Of a stretch of DNA of 64,000 nt, positions 18,900 to 28,270 are shown piece after piece. Below the pieces are notes generated by a model. That model did not search any database and had not been told where the DNA came from. It saw only the letters and a list, made by a program, of their open reading frames with translations. The number at the start of each line of letters is the position of its first letter. The first letter of the stretch is position 1. The stretch lies in the NCBI GenBank assembly GCA_965222115.1, contig CBDCTJ010000007.1, positions 384,001-448,000 of the forward strand. The letters are read 5' to 3'. Both the position numbers and the translations under genes were made by a program. Origin of the DNA: Planctomycetota bacterium (GTDB lineage Bacteria > Planctomycetota > PLA2 > JAEUHO01).

Positions 18900-19463
18900 G
18901 TGAACCCGCTTGCCATCATCATTCCCGTCATCGTGCTGATCTTCCTCGGCATCACCATATCGCTTTACAACGGATTGGTGCGCGCACGCAATCACTGCGA
19001 CGAGTCGTGGTCGGATGTGGACACTGAGCTCAAGCGTCGTTACGACCTCATTCCCAACTTGGTTGAAGTGGTCAAGGGGTACGCAACGCACGAGGCCGAC
19101 GCGTTGGAACGCGTAATTCAAGCGAGAAACAACGCCGAGAAGAACCACGGCTCCCCCGAGTCGCAGGCACGGGACGAGAACAAGATGATCGGCGAAGTGA
19201 GCAATCTCTTTGCGCTTGCCGAAGACTATCCCGAGCTCAAATCAAGCAAGCACTTTGCGGCCCTGCAAGAGGAACTGATCACGACCGAGAATCGCATCCA
19301 GCGTGCGCGGCGTTTCTATAACGGAAACGTGCGCACGCTCGCCAACCGCATCGAGACCTTTCCGTCCAGCATCTTGGCGTCCATGTATGGGTTTCGCCCG
19401 CGCGAATACTTTGAGATTCGCGATTCCAGTCAGCGCGAAGCGCCTTCGGTGTCGCTCTCCTAA
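18900..19463 (+). CDS. lemA: LemA family protein (start uncertain, 18852-18900)
   Basis: YNGLVRARN, WSDVDTELKRRYDLIPNLVEVVKGYATHE, AEDYPELKS, ENRIQRARRFYN, FPSSILA. Confidence 0.93.
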   Translation: MNPLAIIIPVIVLIFLGITISLYNGLVRARNHCDESWSDVDTELKRRYDLIPNLVEVVKGYATHEADALERVIQARNNAEKNHGSPESQARDENKMIGEVSNLFALAEDYPELKSSKHFAALQEELITTENRIQRARRFYNGNVRTLANRIETFPSSILASMYGFRPREYFEIRDSSQREAPSVSLS

Positions 19464-19466
19464 GTC

Positions 19467-21782
19467 ATGGGCGTGTTCGTGACCCGTCGAGTTGTAATTC
19501 TTGTATTGCTCTTGGGGCTTGGCGTGTTCTTCGCGCCACTGTCTCAGGCAGGCGGTGGCCCTGAGTCTACGCTTGTCATCGCCAATGCCGACTCGCCGCT
19601 ATCGCTCCGACTCGCCAATGAGTACATGGCACTTCGCAAGATCCCACGCAGTCACCTCTTGCGACTTGGTAAGATGCCCAATCTCAAAGTCATCTCGGTA
19701 GACAAGTTTCGCACGTTGATCGGAGAACCCCTCGCTGCGTTCTTGTTCGAAAACGACTTGCAAGCGAGCGTCGATACCATCGCCTATTCGTTGGGTTTCC
19801 CGTTTGGTGTCAAATTTGACGACGACATGAAGAAGGAGAATCCCGACAAGCGCGTACCGCGGGTGGCATCACTCAATAGCATGACCTATTTGCTGCGCCA
19901 TGTCCTGGCCAAAGACACCGATTACCCCTCACTGACAGTGAATAAGTACTTTCGAGGTGAGAACGGTCTGCCCTCGGGCGCGCCAGCACATGGCTTTCGC
20001 AGCCAAACACTGTGGGATCGCAACGGCCGCGCCACCAAGCGTGAACACGACGACGACATGGATAGCTATTACCTGTCCACATTGCTCGGGTTTGGCCACA
20101 CGCAGGGAACGTCTTACCCCGAGACGATGCACTACCTCACGCGCGCCATTGAGGCCGACGGCACCCATCCCAAGGGTCGCGTCTACTACATGGTAAACAA
20201 CAATGTGCGTTCTAAGTGTCGTCAACCGGCATTTGCAGGCGCAATCAAGCACCTAAAGGCCGTCAAACGCAAGGGTGAAGAACTTGAGAAGGGCGCTGGC
20301 GGGCAAAATGGCATCGTCCCGCAAGGCAAGAAGGACGTCATGGGACTGGTCGCCGGTTCGGCGTCGTTCAAGTGGCACGAAAGCAGCGTCCTTCTGCCAG
20401 GATCCATTGCAGAACATCTAACGAGCTTCGGTGGTCGCTTGGATGGTTCGGGCCAGACAAAGCTCACCGCATTCTTGCGCGCAGGCGCGGCCGGCTCTTC
20501 CGGCACCGTGGCCGAGCCATTGGCGCTTTGGCAAAAGTTCCCCACGCCCTATATCCACGGATTTTATGCCCGTGGTTGCTCGCTTGCCGAGAGCTTCTAT
20601 CAAAGCGTACGCGGTCCGTATCAATTATTGATTGTGGGCGAGCCATTGGCGCGGCCGTTTGCCCACTTCAAAGACGTGACCGTTGCACCGAGCCTCGATG
20701 CAGACACACCATGGACAAAAACGGTGACGTTGAAGGTGTCCGCAACCGATGCAAAGAAGACGCCCGATCGTGCCAAAGGCGTGAAAGTGTTTGAGTTGTG
20801 GATTGATGGGCGCTTGCATAGCTCTGTAGACACTAGTGACAGCGACAGTGATGACGGCGACGGATCAAGCGCGTTGATCTCACTCGATACCACCGCGATG
20901 GCCGACGGGCATCACGATGTGACCGTGGTCGCAATTGAAGACAGCGACGTAGCCACACGCTCCTCGACGTCGTTTGCCGTTTCGTTTGCCAACGGTACGA
21001 GCGCCGTTACGTGCAAAACCAACAGCGACACGGTGGAACTGGATGAGACGATCACGCTTACCGGAACCGCTGGCGACGTCGATGCCATTGAGGTACGAGA
21101 TGGTTTTCGCTTGCTGAAACGCATCAACAAGAAGGGCGGCGGCTGGCGAATCAAAGTGCCGGCGCAAGACGTTGGTTTGGGACCCGTCTCGTTTCACGCG
21201 ATGGGCCTAAAGAAGGACAAGGTCGTCGTACGCAGCGCACCCGTGCATGTGCTCGTCGAACCCACGTCACTGCGAAAGCCAAAGAGGGTCAAAATTCCCA
21301 AGAAAAGGGGCAAGAAACGAAAATCCACACTGAAGAAAAAGGGCAAAAAGACAAAGGCGCCCAAGAAGGGAAGTGGGCTTGTCGCCATGGTGGCACCGCG
21401 CGCGGGCGACACCGTTGTGCTCACGGTGGATCGATTGGGATCGACGAAGGGAAAAACCTTCGCCAAGCTCATTGCCGCGGCGTGCAAGGATCCCATTCAG
21501 GAGATCGCGATCTACGGCGAGGTCGAGTTCAAAGAGGACGGGCAGTACGAGTGGGTCATCGCCGCAAACGGCACGCTCGACATCAATCTCGATGGCAAGA
21601 CGCTTGTCGAGGACCTCGTTTGCGACGGCACCTCAGTTCGTTTTGTATGGTCACACCTAAAGGCGGGCTGGCACGGCCTTGAGTTGATCTACAAACCCAA
21701 GGGCGCGCCCACGCTCGACATCGGCATCGGCGGCGACCAAGTGTATGCACCGCTGGCAGGCAAGGCACTGCGCAACAAGTAG
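19467..21782 (+). CDS. TIGR03790-like secreted protein with C-terminal Ig-like and PA14-like regions
   Basis: Signal peptide, GGGPESTLVIANADSPLS..ANEY..LRKIP, LPGSIAEHLTSFGG, GAAGSSGTVAEP, GCSLAESFYQS, LLIVGEPLARPF. Confidence 0.82.
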   Translation: MGVFVTRRVVILVLLLGLGVFFAPLSQAGGGPESTLVIANADSPLSLRLANEYMALRKIPRSHLLRLGKMPNLKVISVDKFRTLIGEPLAAFLFENDLQASVDTIAYSLGFPFGVKFDDDMKKENPDKRVPRVASLNSMTYLLRHVLAKDTDYPSLTVNKYFRGENGLPSGAPAHGFRSQTLWDRNGRATKREHDDDMDSYYLSTLLGFGHTQGTSYPETMHYLTRAIEADGTHPKGRVYYMVNNNVRSKCRQPAFAGAIKHLKAVKRKGEELEKGAGGQNGIVPQGKKDVMGLVAGSASFKWHESSVLLPGSIAEHLTSFGGRLDGSGQTKLTAFLRAGAAGSSGTVAEPLALWQKFPTPYIHGFYARGCSLAESFYQSVRGPYQLLIVGEPLARPFAHFKDVTVAPSLDADTPWTKTVTLKVSATDAKKTPDRAKGVKVFELWIDGRLHSSVDTSDSDSDDGDGSSALISLDTTAMADGHHDVTVVAIEDSDVATRSSTSFAVSFANGTSAVTCKTNSDTVELDETITLTGTAGDVDAIEVRDGFRLLKRINKKGGGWRIKVPAQDVGLGPVSFHAMGLKKDKVVVRSAPVHVLVEPTSLRKPKRVKIPKKRGKKRKSTLKKKGKKTKAPKKGSGLVAMVAPRAGDTVVLTVDRLGSTKGKTFAKLIAAACKDPIQEIAIYGEVEFKEDGQYEWVIAANGTLDINLDGKTLVEDLVCDGTSVRFVWSHLKAGWHGLELIYKPKGAPTLDIGIGGDQVYAPLAGKALRNK

Positions 21783-21809
21783 ATGCTGCCGCGCGGCACC
21801 TCCGCTGCG

Positions 21810-23129
21810 CTATGCGAATAGACCGAGCTTTTGCTCCGGCGGCGTGAAACCCTTGAAGATCTTGCGCGACGGGTGAAGCCCCACAAAGTCGTAGAGCGTT
21901 TCACTGAGCACGGTGCGCCAATCGGTTGTGACCAAGAGATCGCGATTCTGGTAGGTCTTGCCTGGGGCGAGGCCCGGCCAGTCGCCGTAGATCTTTCCGC
22001 CCTTCACTTTGCCGCCGATGGCAAACATGAGGCCGCCATGGCCGTGATCAGTGCCGAAGTTGCCGTTCTCGCGATTCGTACGACCAAACTCGGTCATGAT
22101 CAACATGGTCACGCGCTTGCGCATGAACTGAATGTCATCGAAGAAAAGTGAAATGGCGTCACCCAAGATCTTGAGGCGGCGGTACATGACATCGGCGGGC
22201 TTGCTGCCGCCTTCATTGATGTGAGTATCCCACCCATTCCAGTCCATACCGATGGCTTCAACACCTTGACCCGACTTCAAGATGCGCGCGGCCATCTTCA
22301 TCTGCTCACCGAGACGCCCGAGCGAGTTGGGGTAGCGAACTTCTTTGCCCTTAGGCTTGGTCGCCAAGATGCGCTCAAGCTTCTTGAGTGTGTCGATGGT
22401 GTGCCGGCCATTTTGTGCCATGGCCTCATCGTCGGGCCGCGCACCCATCATGCCACCGTCCCCACTCTTGGCGGGCTCGCCATCTTTCTTTGCGGGGCCG
22501 GGCATCTGACCGTTCTTCGCGTCGGTCTTGTAGAGCTTGTCGAAAAGCTCCAGCACGTCGTCATCACCACCGCGACGTCGTTGACGCGGTACAGCCAACA
22601 CCGGATAGTCGCCCCGCATGCTGCGCGGCAAGCGCGCCTGCAACGCTACTGCGCGGAATGCATTGCCACCGTCCACACCACCCGTGGACATGAGGTAACG
22701 ATTGAGCCAACCGTTGCGAACCGAGGAGTCGCCCAGCGCACCAAACTCCATGTAGTCCTGGCACGCAAAGTGACTACGCGAAGGATGTCCCAACCCCGCA
22801 TTCACGATGGGCGCAAGAATGCCGTCCTTCCACAGCTTATGAAATCCCGTAAGCGCGGGATTGAGCCCAAAGGTGTCATCGAGTTTGATACACCCGTGTT
22901 CCTTGTCGGGCGGCGGCACCGCGATGTTGGGACGCATGTCGTAGTAGCGACCGTCGGTGTAGGGCACAAGCGTATTGAGCGCATCGGCCCCGCCTCGCAA
23001 GAACAGGACAACCACGGCGGGTTTGACCGAGATTTCATTGTCGGGCGCCGCCCACGCAATCTTGGGCAAGACGCCCATGGCGGCAGCAGCAGCACTTGCA
23101 GACAACACATCGCGTCGAGTTAGGGCCAT
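21810..23129 (-). CDS. DUF1501 domain protein (Tat substrate)
   Basis: TRRDVL twin-arginine signal, LFLRGGADALN, SRSHF, GWDTH, MTEFGRT..ENGNFGTDHGHG, TTDWR. Confidence 0.93.
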   Translation of the reverse strand: MALTRRDVLSASAAAAAMGVLPKIAWAAPDNEISVKPAVVVLFLRGGADALNTLVPYTDGRYYDMRPNIAVPPPDKEHGCIKLDDTFGLNPALTGFHKLWKDGILAPIVNAGLGHPSRSHFACQDYMEFGALGDSSVRNGWLNRYLMSTGGVDGGNAFRAVALQARLPRSMRGDYPVLAVPRQRRRGGDDDVLELFDKLYKTDAKNGQMPGPAKKDGEPAKSGDGGMMGARPDDEAMAQNGRHTIDTLKKLERILATKPKGKEVRYPNSLGRLGEQMKMAARILKSGQGVEAIGMDWNGWDTHINEGGSKPADVMYRRLKILGDAISLFFDDIQFMRKRVTMLIMTEFGRTNRENGNFGTDHGHGGLMFAIGGKVKGGKIYGDWPGLAPGKTYQNRDLLVTTDWRTVLSETLYDFVGLHPSRKIFKGFTPPEQKLGLFA

Positions 23130-23207
23130 GGCCTACTCCTCTACATTGTTCGATCGGTGGATTCGTTTCGATTTCGTTGGACGTACTACGGATTCTTGAG
23201 ATTCAAC

Positions 23208-24860
23208 CTATTGCCGTTGGAACTCGGCCGACCCAAGCAACAAGGTGGCGAGAATGGCGAGTTCGCGCTCAAGTTCGGACGGCTTCATCTTACGGTAGTC
23301 CTGCTTGACGACCGCGAGCCGGCGGCGGAACGGCTTGAGCGTGCGATTGCTGACGCTTTCATCCGCCAAGACATAGCGAATGAGCAGCGATTCCCATTTG
23401 TCGGGTTGTTGGCGCACGTGGTCGCGAATACCGCTAGCGCTTGTGTCCACGCCGGGCAAGCGGCCCATCAACAGATCAAAGGCGAACTGCCAGCGTTCCG
23501 CCAACACGCCCGTATCCATCCAATCTTCCGCCGCATCGCTATACCCCGTGGGGTCTTCGCAGCGGTAGAGCGGTTGATCCATGTCGGCCAAGCGCGAAAC
23601 CACCGCGTTTGCGTTCACCACGTCGGCGCCCGCAACACGTAGGCAACTCGTGACAAACTCAAACGGCGTCTTGGCCTTCGTGAGCACGTTCTTTGAGTTG
23701 TAAAACTCATCATGCGTAAGCATGGCTTTGGTCACAGCGCCAAGATCGCCCTTGGTCTTCTTCCAAACCGCTACCACGTCATCGACGAGTTTCTGGGACG
23801 GCTCGTCGGCCACGAGATAACGCGCCATCTTGGCCACGACATACGGCGCCGTGTTCTTGTGCCGCGCGAGATGACGGATGAGCGTCTCGCCCTCGTTGAC
23901 GCCGTCGTTCCCCACCATTTTGCCCACAACGCGCTTCTTGCCCTTGGCGTGGTAGTTCTCGCGGAACTGGAATTTGCCCCCATCGGGGCCGGGCGTACGA
24001 TTGATCGACCACCCCGTGAGAACGAGCGAAAGCTGAATCACGTCTTTCTGCGTGTAGCCATTGTCGGCGCCAAGTGTGTGTAGCTCCATCAACTCGCGGG
24101 CGTAGTTCTCGTTAAGCCCACCGGTTCGATCTTCTTTCTCTCGCCCACTAAGCACGCGCTCGCCGCGTGCCTTGGGTGCCTGACTCACATGGTTATCGAG
24201 ATAGAACAACATGGCCGGGTGCTTGGCCGTGGCCATGAGCAGCGACTCAAAGGATCCAAAGACGTTCTTCCCTAAGACTTCGCGGTCCCAATCGGTGATG
24301 TAGTAGCGTACGTCGTCTTTGGTGACGTCCACATTGAAGTGATTGCGCCAAAACTCCTTCATGACCTCGTGCAACTGGCGCTCGCTGTACACGGCGCGCA
24401 ACACCATGGCCCGTGGAATCTCGCGCGACCCCATATAGCGCAGGCGATTGAGCTCGGCCTGTCGCTTGCGCGCCTTGGCGATGCGGTTTTCGCCTGCCTT
24501 GGGCGGACCCATCGAGCCTGCATTCATGGCGCCGCCCTGAATCATTTGCAGGTACTCGCCGCCCGTCATCTTCAACGTCTTGAACTTCGCGAGACGCTTG
24601 GACACGTCGGGATCGGCAATCAACTCGGGCTTGAGTTGGCGATCGATCCATCCCTCGATACCCATCTTCTTCGCGGCCTCGACGTCACCGGGACGCACGC
24701 CAAATGTTGCGCGACGCAGGAGATGGCGAACGCGTTCCGTAATCGTGTCCGCACCGGCTGTCGTTTCCGCCGAAGCGTGTGACGTCCAAAAAGGCGCTAT
24801 GAGCAGCGTCATCAATATTAGCTTGGGGACATGGCGCACGAGTCGAGTCGAGCCAATCAT
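23208..24860 (-). CDS. DUF1800 domain protein
   Basis: HLLRRATFG, QLHEVMKEFWRNHFNV, HPAMLFYLDN, NENYARELMELHTLG, KTPFEF. Confidence 0.93.
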   Translation of the reverse strand: MIGSTRLVRHVPKLILMTLLIAPFWTSHASAETTAGADTITERVRHLLRRATFGVRPGDVEAAKKMGIEGWIDRQLKPELIADPDVSKRLAKFKTLKMTGGEYLQMIQGGAMNAGSMGPPKAGENRIAKARKRQAELNRLRYMGSREIPRAMVLRAVYSERQLHEVMKEFWRNHFNVDVTKDDVRYYITDWDREVLGKNVFGSFESLLMATAKHPAMLFYLDNHVSQAPKARGERVLSGREKEDRTGGLNENYARELMELHTLGADNGYTQKDVIQLSLVLTGWSINRTPGPDGGKFQFRENYHAKGKKRVVGKMVGNDGVNEGETLIRHLARHKNTAPYVVAKMARYLVADEPSQKLVDDVVAVWKKTKGDLGAVTKAMLTHDEFYNSKNVLTKAKTPFEFVTSCLRVAGADVVNANAVVSRLADMDQPLYRCEDPTGYSDAAEDWMDTGVLAERWQFAFDLLMGRLPGVDTSASGIRDHVRQQPDKWESLLIRYVLADESVSNRTLKPFRRRLAVVKQDYRKMKPSELERELAILATLLLGSAEFQRQ

Positions 24861-25257
24861 TGTGCGATCTCCGGTGAGGGCCGCGGGCGAGGAACCCCAG
24901 TATACAAACACGCGACTTTCCGCGCTTGACGCCCGGCGCCTTCGCCTAGGTGCCTGGCATAGGGCGCACGGACCGTTGCGACGTCCAATCGGATGGCGGG
25001 ATGTCTATTTGTTACAACATATCCCCTTTCAGGTGACTCCAGCGCCATGAACAAATTCTTCGTCATGTAATGTCTATGCAAAACTGGGTAACAAAATTAC
25101 AACAACGCGAGATTTCGGTGGCAAAGCCTCTATAGAAGTGCAGAGACGCACGAAGATGTCCTCACATTTCACACACTCGTCCTATTTTGGAGACTCGGGG
25201 ATCGCCCATCCTGTTTCCAGAGGCCTATTCGTCCGTGACACTCCGGTTGCAGACGAA

Positions 25258-25273
25258 TGGCACGGATTTCGCT
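25258..25273 (+). promoter_or_regulatory. Candidate sigma-54 promoter (-24/-12)
   Basis: TGGCACGGATTTCGCT: GG and GC at the spacing of consensus TGGCACG-N4-TTGC, one mismatch. Confidence 0.6.
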
Positions 25274-25283
25274 CTTGTTCGTT

Positions 25284-25422
25284 TGAGTCGCTAGTCGACG
25301 TAAGTAGCGGGCCCGCAAGGGCCAGCCAACTGCGCGGCGGGCGAACGCGGGCACGACCGCGAGGCAGGGACACCCACCGGCCTTCTAGTCTTGTTCGCGA
25401 GCCCTTTTGGGCTTGCTCTTTT
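25284..25422 (+). ncRNA. Candidate ~140-nt structured small RNA
   Basis: Lies between the sigma-54 motif and an intrinsic terminator; GNRA-capped hairpins (AC-GUAA-GU, GGCCC-GCAA-GGGCC, CC-GCGA-GG); no credible ORF. Confidence 0.45.
25397..25422 (+). terminator. Intrinsic terminator
   Basis: GCGAGCCC-TTTT-GGGCTTGC stem followed by TCTTTT. Confidence 0.7.
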
Positions 25423-25465
25423 CCAAAATTTGGACCGGGCCGGGCGCGTCATTCGCGCCTCTCTC

Positions 25466-25636
25466 CCTCCTCCCTCCCTCCTTTCCCTCCCTGCCCCTTC
25501 CCCGGGGGCATGGCGCGGAACGCCCCGGCATCGGTTCCATCCTTTTTTCGGCCGGGCGTACGTAGGTCGCGCGATCTTCCTGCCTCCTCCCTCCCTCCTT
25601 CCCTCCCTCCGAGCGCCGCCCCTCGCCCGGCCGAAA
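25466..25636. repeat. Duplicated CT-rich tract plus 13-bp inverted repeat
   Basis: CCTCCTCCCTCCCTCCTT(T)CCCTCCCT at 25466-25492 and 25583-25608; TTTCGGCCGGGCG 25546-25558 pairs with CGCCCGGCCGAAA 25624-25636. Confidence 0.85.
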
Positions 25637-26141
25637 TCCTTTTTCTTGCGTATGACTGCTCCTTGGGCCCGAACTTAGGGCTGATCGTTGGATGCTCGGT
25701 CCTGCACGCCCTCGTCGAGGCTCGCGTGGGCAGACCACGCGTCGCTCTCCTCGTGCGCACATTACTGTATTTCAATCAGACACGAGCCCCAACGATCCGA
25801 TTGCGAGGTCAAATCTCTCTCGTGCCGATCGGATGGACCTCTCGATTCGTATGCGTGGCCCCGATTGGCAGATGAATGGCGGATAAGAAAGTAGGGAAGC
25901 CTGCGCCCGCGGGCCCGAAGGCTCGGACGCCGGAACACGAGCGAGAGCGGAGTCGCGGGAGAGTGGCCGAACACCGCTGGTAGTTGAGGAGTAGTCCAGG
26001 CGACTCGAAGCGTGGGCATCGAAGAGTTGAGGGCATCCGTTCTTCGGGGGTGCATTGTTCGAGGTTTGGGGCGGGCCCGAGGATCATCGTCGCTCCCATT
26101 GCGCGCCGGTCCGGGGCGAGGGCGATGGAAGGAGGCGATTC

Positions 26142-27770
26142 ATGCACGGCACTCAGTTGCTTCGGCAGCGACTCAGCGACCCGCGTCCCGTTTTGGTGGG
26201 CGGTGCCCACAACGGCATGAGCGCGCAGCTCGTCAAAGAAGCGGGTTTTGATGCAATCTGGGCCTCGGGCTTTGAGATCTCGGCCTCGCACGGCAAGCCC
26301 GACGCCAACATTCTCACCATGTCGGACAATCTTTACGCCGCGTCCATGATGGTGGAAGCGGCGGGGATACCGGTCATCGCCGATTGTGACAACGGCTACG
26401 GCAACGCGATCAATGTCATTCATATGGTGAAGGGCTATGAGCGCGAAGGCATTGCCGCCGTTTGTATTGAAGACAATATTTTTCCAAAACGCTGTTCCTT
26501 TTACGCGGGTGTCAAACGCGAGCTCGCCGACCCGGAAGAACACGCGGGTAAGATCAAAGCCTGCGTAGACACGCGCAAGTCAGACGACTTCCTGATCATC
26601 GCACGAACCGAAGCACTCATTGCCGGCTGGGGGATGGATGAAGCGCTGCGACGTGGAAATGCGTATGCCGACGCGGGCGCCGACTTCATTCTGGTTCACA
26701 GCAAAACGGAATCACCCGACGAAGTTCTCGGATTTGCCGAGCGTTGGGATCGCGACACGCCGCTTGTGTGTGTGCCCACCATCTACAAGACGACAACCGC
26801 CTCCACCCTTAGCGATGCGGGCTATCGCATTGTGATCTACGCCAATCACGGACTGCGTTCGTCTATCAAAGCCATGCGAGAAGCGTTTTCGCGCATTGTG
26901 CGCGAGCAACATGCCAGTGTCGTGGACGATCTTGTCGTGCCCCTTACCGATGTGTACGAACTCATCGGCGTGCCTGCGATGAAGCAGGAAGAGAAAGACT
27001 TCATGCCAAGCGGGGGCGCCAAGGTTCATGCCATTGTGTTGGCAGCGGGTGCAAGCCCCGAGCTCGGTGAACTCACCGAAGACAAGCCCAAGGCCATGCT
27101 CGACATCAAAGGCAAACCGCTGCTCGCCCACCAAGTGGACGCACTCAACGGCGCCGGCATCAAAGACGTTGCGGCGGTCGTGGGCTACAAGAAGGAAGCC
27201 GTCAATCTCCCCAACCTTCGGACCTACGCGGCTGAAGAAAGCACCGGCGAGTTGTCGTCGCTGTTGCATGCCTCGGCGGAACTCAGTGGTCGTTCGATTG
27301 TGCTCTACGGCGACATCTTGTTTGGCAGCGAACTCGTAGAACGCTTGCTTCGATCCGAGGGTGACGCGGTCTTGGTCATCGATCGCGCAACCGACGTTGA
27401 CCGCACGGGACGCGATCTTGTGCGCACCGCGCGCGACGTGGAAGGCGCGGGACGTATGCTTCACGGACAGCAACTGGACGTGTTGCAAGCCATCGGTCGT
27501 GATCTTCCCGATGCCAATGGCGAGTGGATTGGCATGATGATGCTGTCGGAAGAAGGCACCAAGGCGCTTCGACAGGTAGCCGACGAACTTGCGAAGAAAC
27601 CTGGCGCCGCCGTGCACCAAGCCAAGGACGCCGCCTCGGCGAGTCTCACGGATCTCTTGCAGGTGATGGTGGATAAGGGCTTGACGGTGCACTGCATCGA
27701 CACCTACAAAGGATGGATGGAAATCGACACGTTTGATGATTACCGCCACGCGTGGAAACAGCTTCCGTAA
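26142..27770 (+). CDS. pepM: Phosphoenolpyruvate mutase fused to a C-terminal nucleotidyltransferase
   Basis: AAGGAGG RBS; GAHNGMSA, AGFDAIWASGF, IADCDNGYGNAIN, IEDNIFPKRCSF, IIARTEALIAG; then IVLAAG..LGELTEDKPKAML, LYGDILF, GWMEIDTFDDY. Confidence 0.85.
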   Translation: MHGTQLLRQRLSDPRPVLVGGAHNGMSAQLVKEAGFDAIWASGFEISASHGKPDANILTMSDNLYAASMMVEAAGIPVIADCDNGYGNAINVIHMVKGYEREGIAAVCIEDNIFPKRCSFYAGVKRELADPEEHAGKIKACVDTRKSDDFLIIARTEALIAGWGMDEALRRGNAYADAGADFILVHSKTESPDEVLGFAERWDRDTPLVCVPTIYKTTTASTLSDAGYRIVIYANHGLRSSIKAMREAFSRIVREQHASVVDDLVVPLTDVYELIGVPAMKQEEKDFMPSGGAKVHAIVLAAGASPELGELTEDKPKAMLDIKGKPLLAHQVDALNGAGIKDVAAVVGYKKEAVNLPNLRTYAAEESTGELSSLLHASAELSGRSIVLYGDILFGSELVERLLRSEGDAVLVIDRATDVDRTGRDLVRTARDVEGAGRMLHGQQLDVLQAIGRDLPDANGEWIGMMMLSEEGTKALRQVADELAKKPGAAVHQAKDAASASLTDLLQVMVDKGLTVHCIDTYKGWMEIDTFDDYRHAWKQLP

Positions 27771-28270
27771 TGCCGAAGAGCGAACCATTCTTGGGCGCAC
27801 TCAAGCGCGCGGGCTACGACTATTTCGCGGGTGTTCCCTGCTCATTGCTTAAAGGGGTCATTCGTCGCTTCGATGAGGACCCGTCGTGGAACTACACCTC
27901 GGCGGTGCGCGAAGACTCGGCGGTGGGCATGGCCGCAGGCGCCTACATGGCGGGACGCCAGCCTGCCATATTCATGCAAAATAGCGGCCTGGGTGTGTGC
28001 ATGAACGCGCTCGTGAGTCTCAACATCATCTACGAGCAACCGTTTTTGCTCGTCACCACCTGGCGCGGTGAGGGCGGGAACGACGCGCCAGAACACATCA
28101 TCATGGGCGAGATCATGCAGCCGTATTTCGATATGCTCAAGATGCCGTGGCGCGTGTTGGGCGCCGACACGATAGTCGACGACGTGTCAGCAATTACCAA
28201 CGCCATCAAGGAACAGCGCACGCCGGGCGCATTGATCGTTCCGAAAGGACTACTCAATGCCGCCTCCTAG
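27770..28270 (+). CDS. Phosphonopyruvate decarboxylase alpha subunit (ComD-like, TPP N-terminal domain)
   Basis: FAGVPCSLLK, REDSAVGMAAGAYMAG, MQNSGLG, WRGEGGNDAPEH; TAATG coupling to pepM. Confidence 0.9.
   Translation: MPKSEPFLGALKRAGYDYFAGVPCSLLKGVIRRFDEDPSWNYTSAVREDSAVGMAAGAYMAGRQPAIFMQNSGLGVCMNALVSLNIIYEQPFLLVTTWRGEGGNDAPEHIIMGEIMQPYFDMLKMPWRVLGADTIVDDVSAITNAIKEQRTPGALIVPKGLLNAAS

Noticed and set aside
25349-25390. Resemblance to a c-di-GMP-I riboswitch (GGGCA..GNRA..GGGAC..CCGGCCU)
   Set aside because: Lacks the conserved GCAAAG junction and a closing P3/tetraloop receptor; only a cmscan hit could rescue it.
25138-25875. Several Pro/Ser/Gly/Arg-rich ORFs on both strands
   Set aside because: Low-complexity translations of the CT-rich repeats, with no RBS or domain, and crossing a terminator.
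26712-27800. 362-aa minus-strand ORF
   Set aside because: Antisense shadow of pepM.
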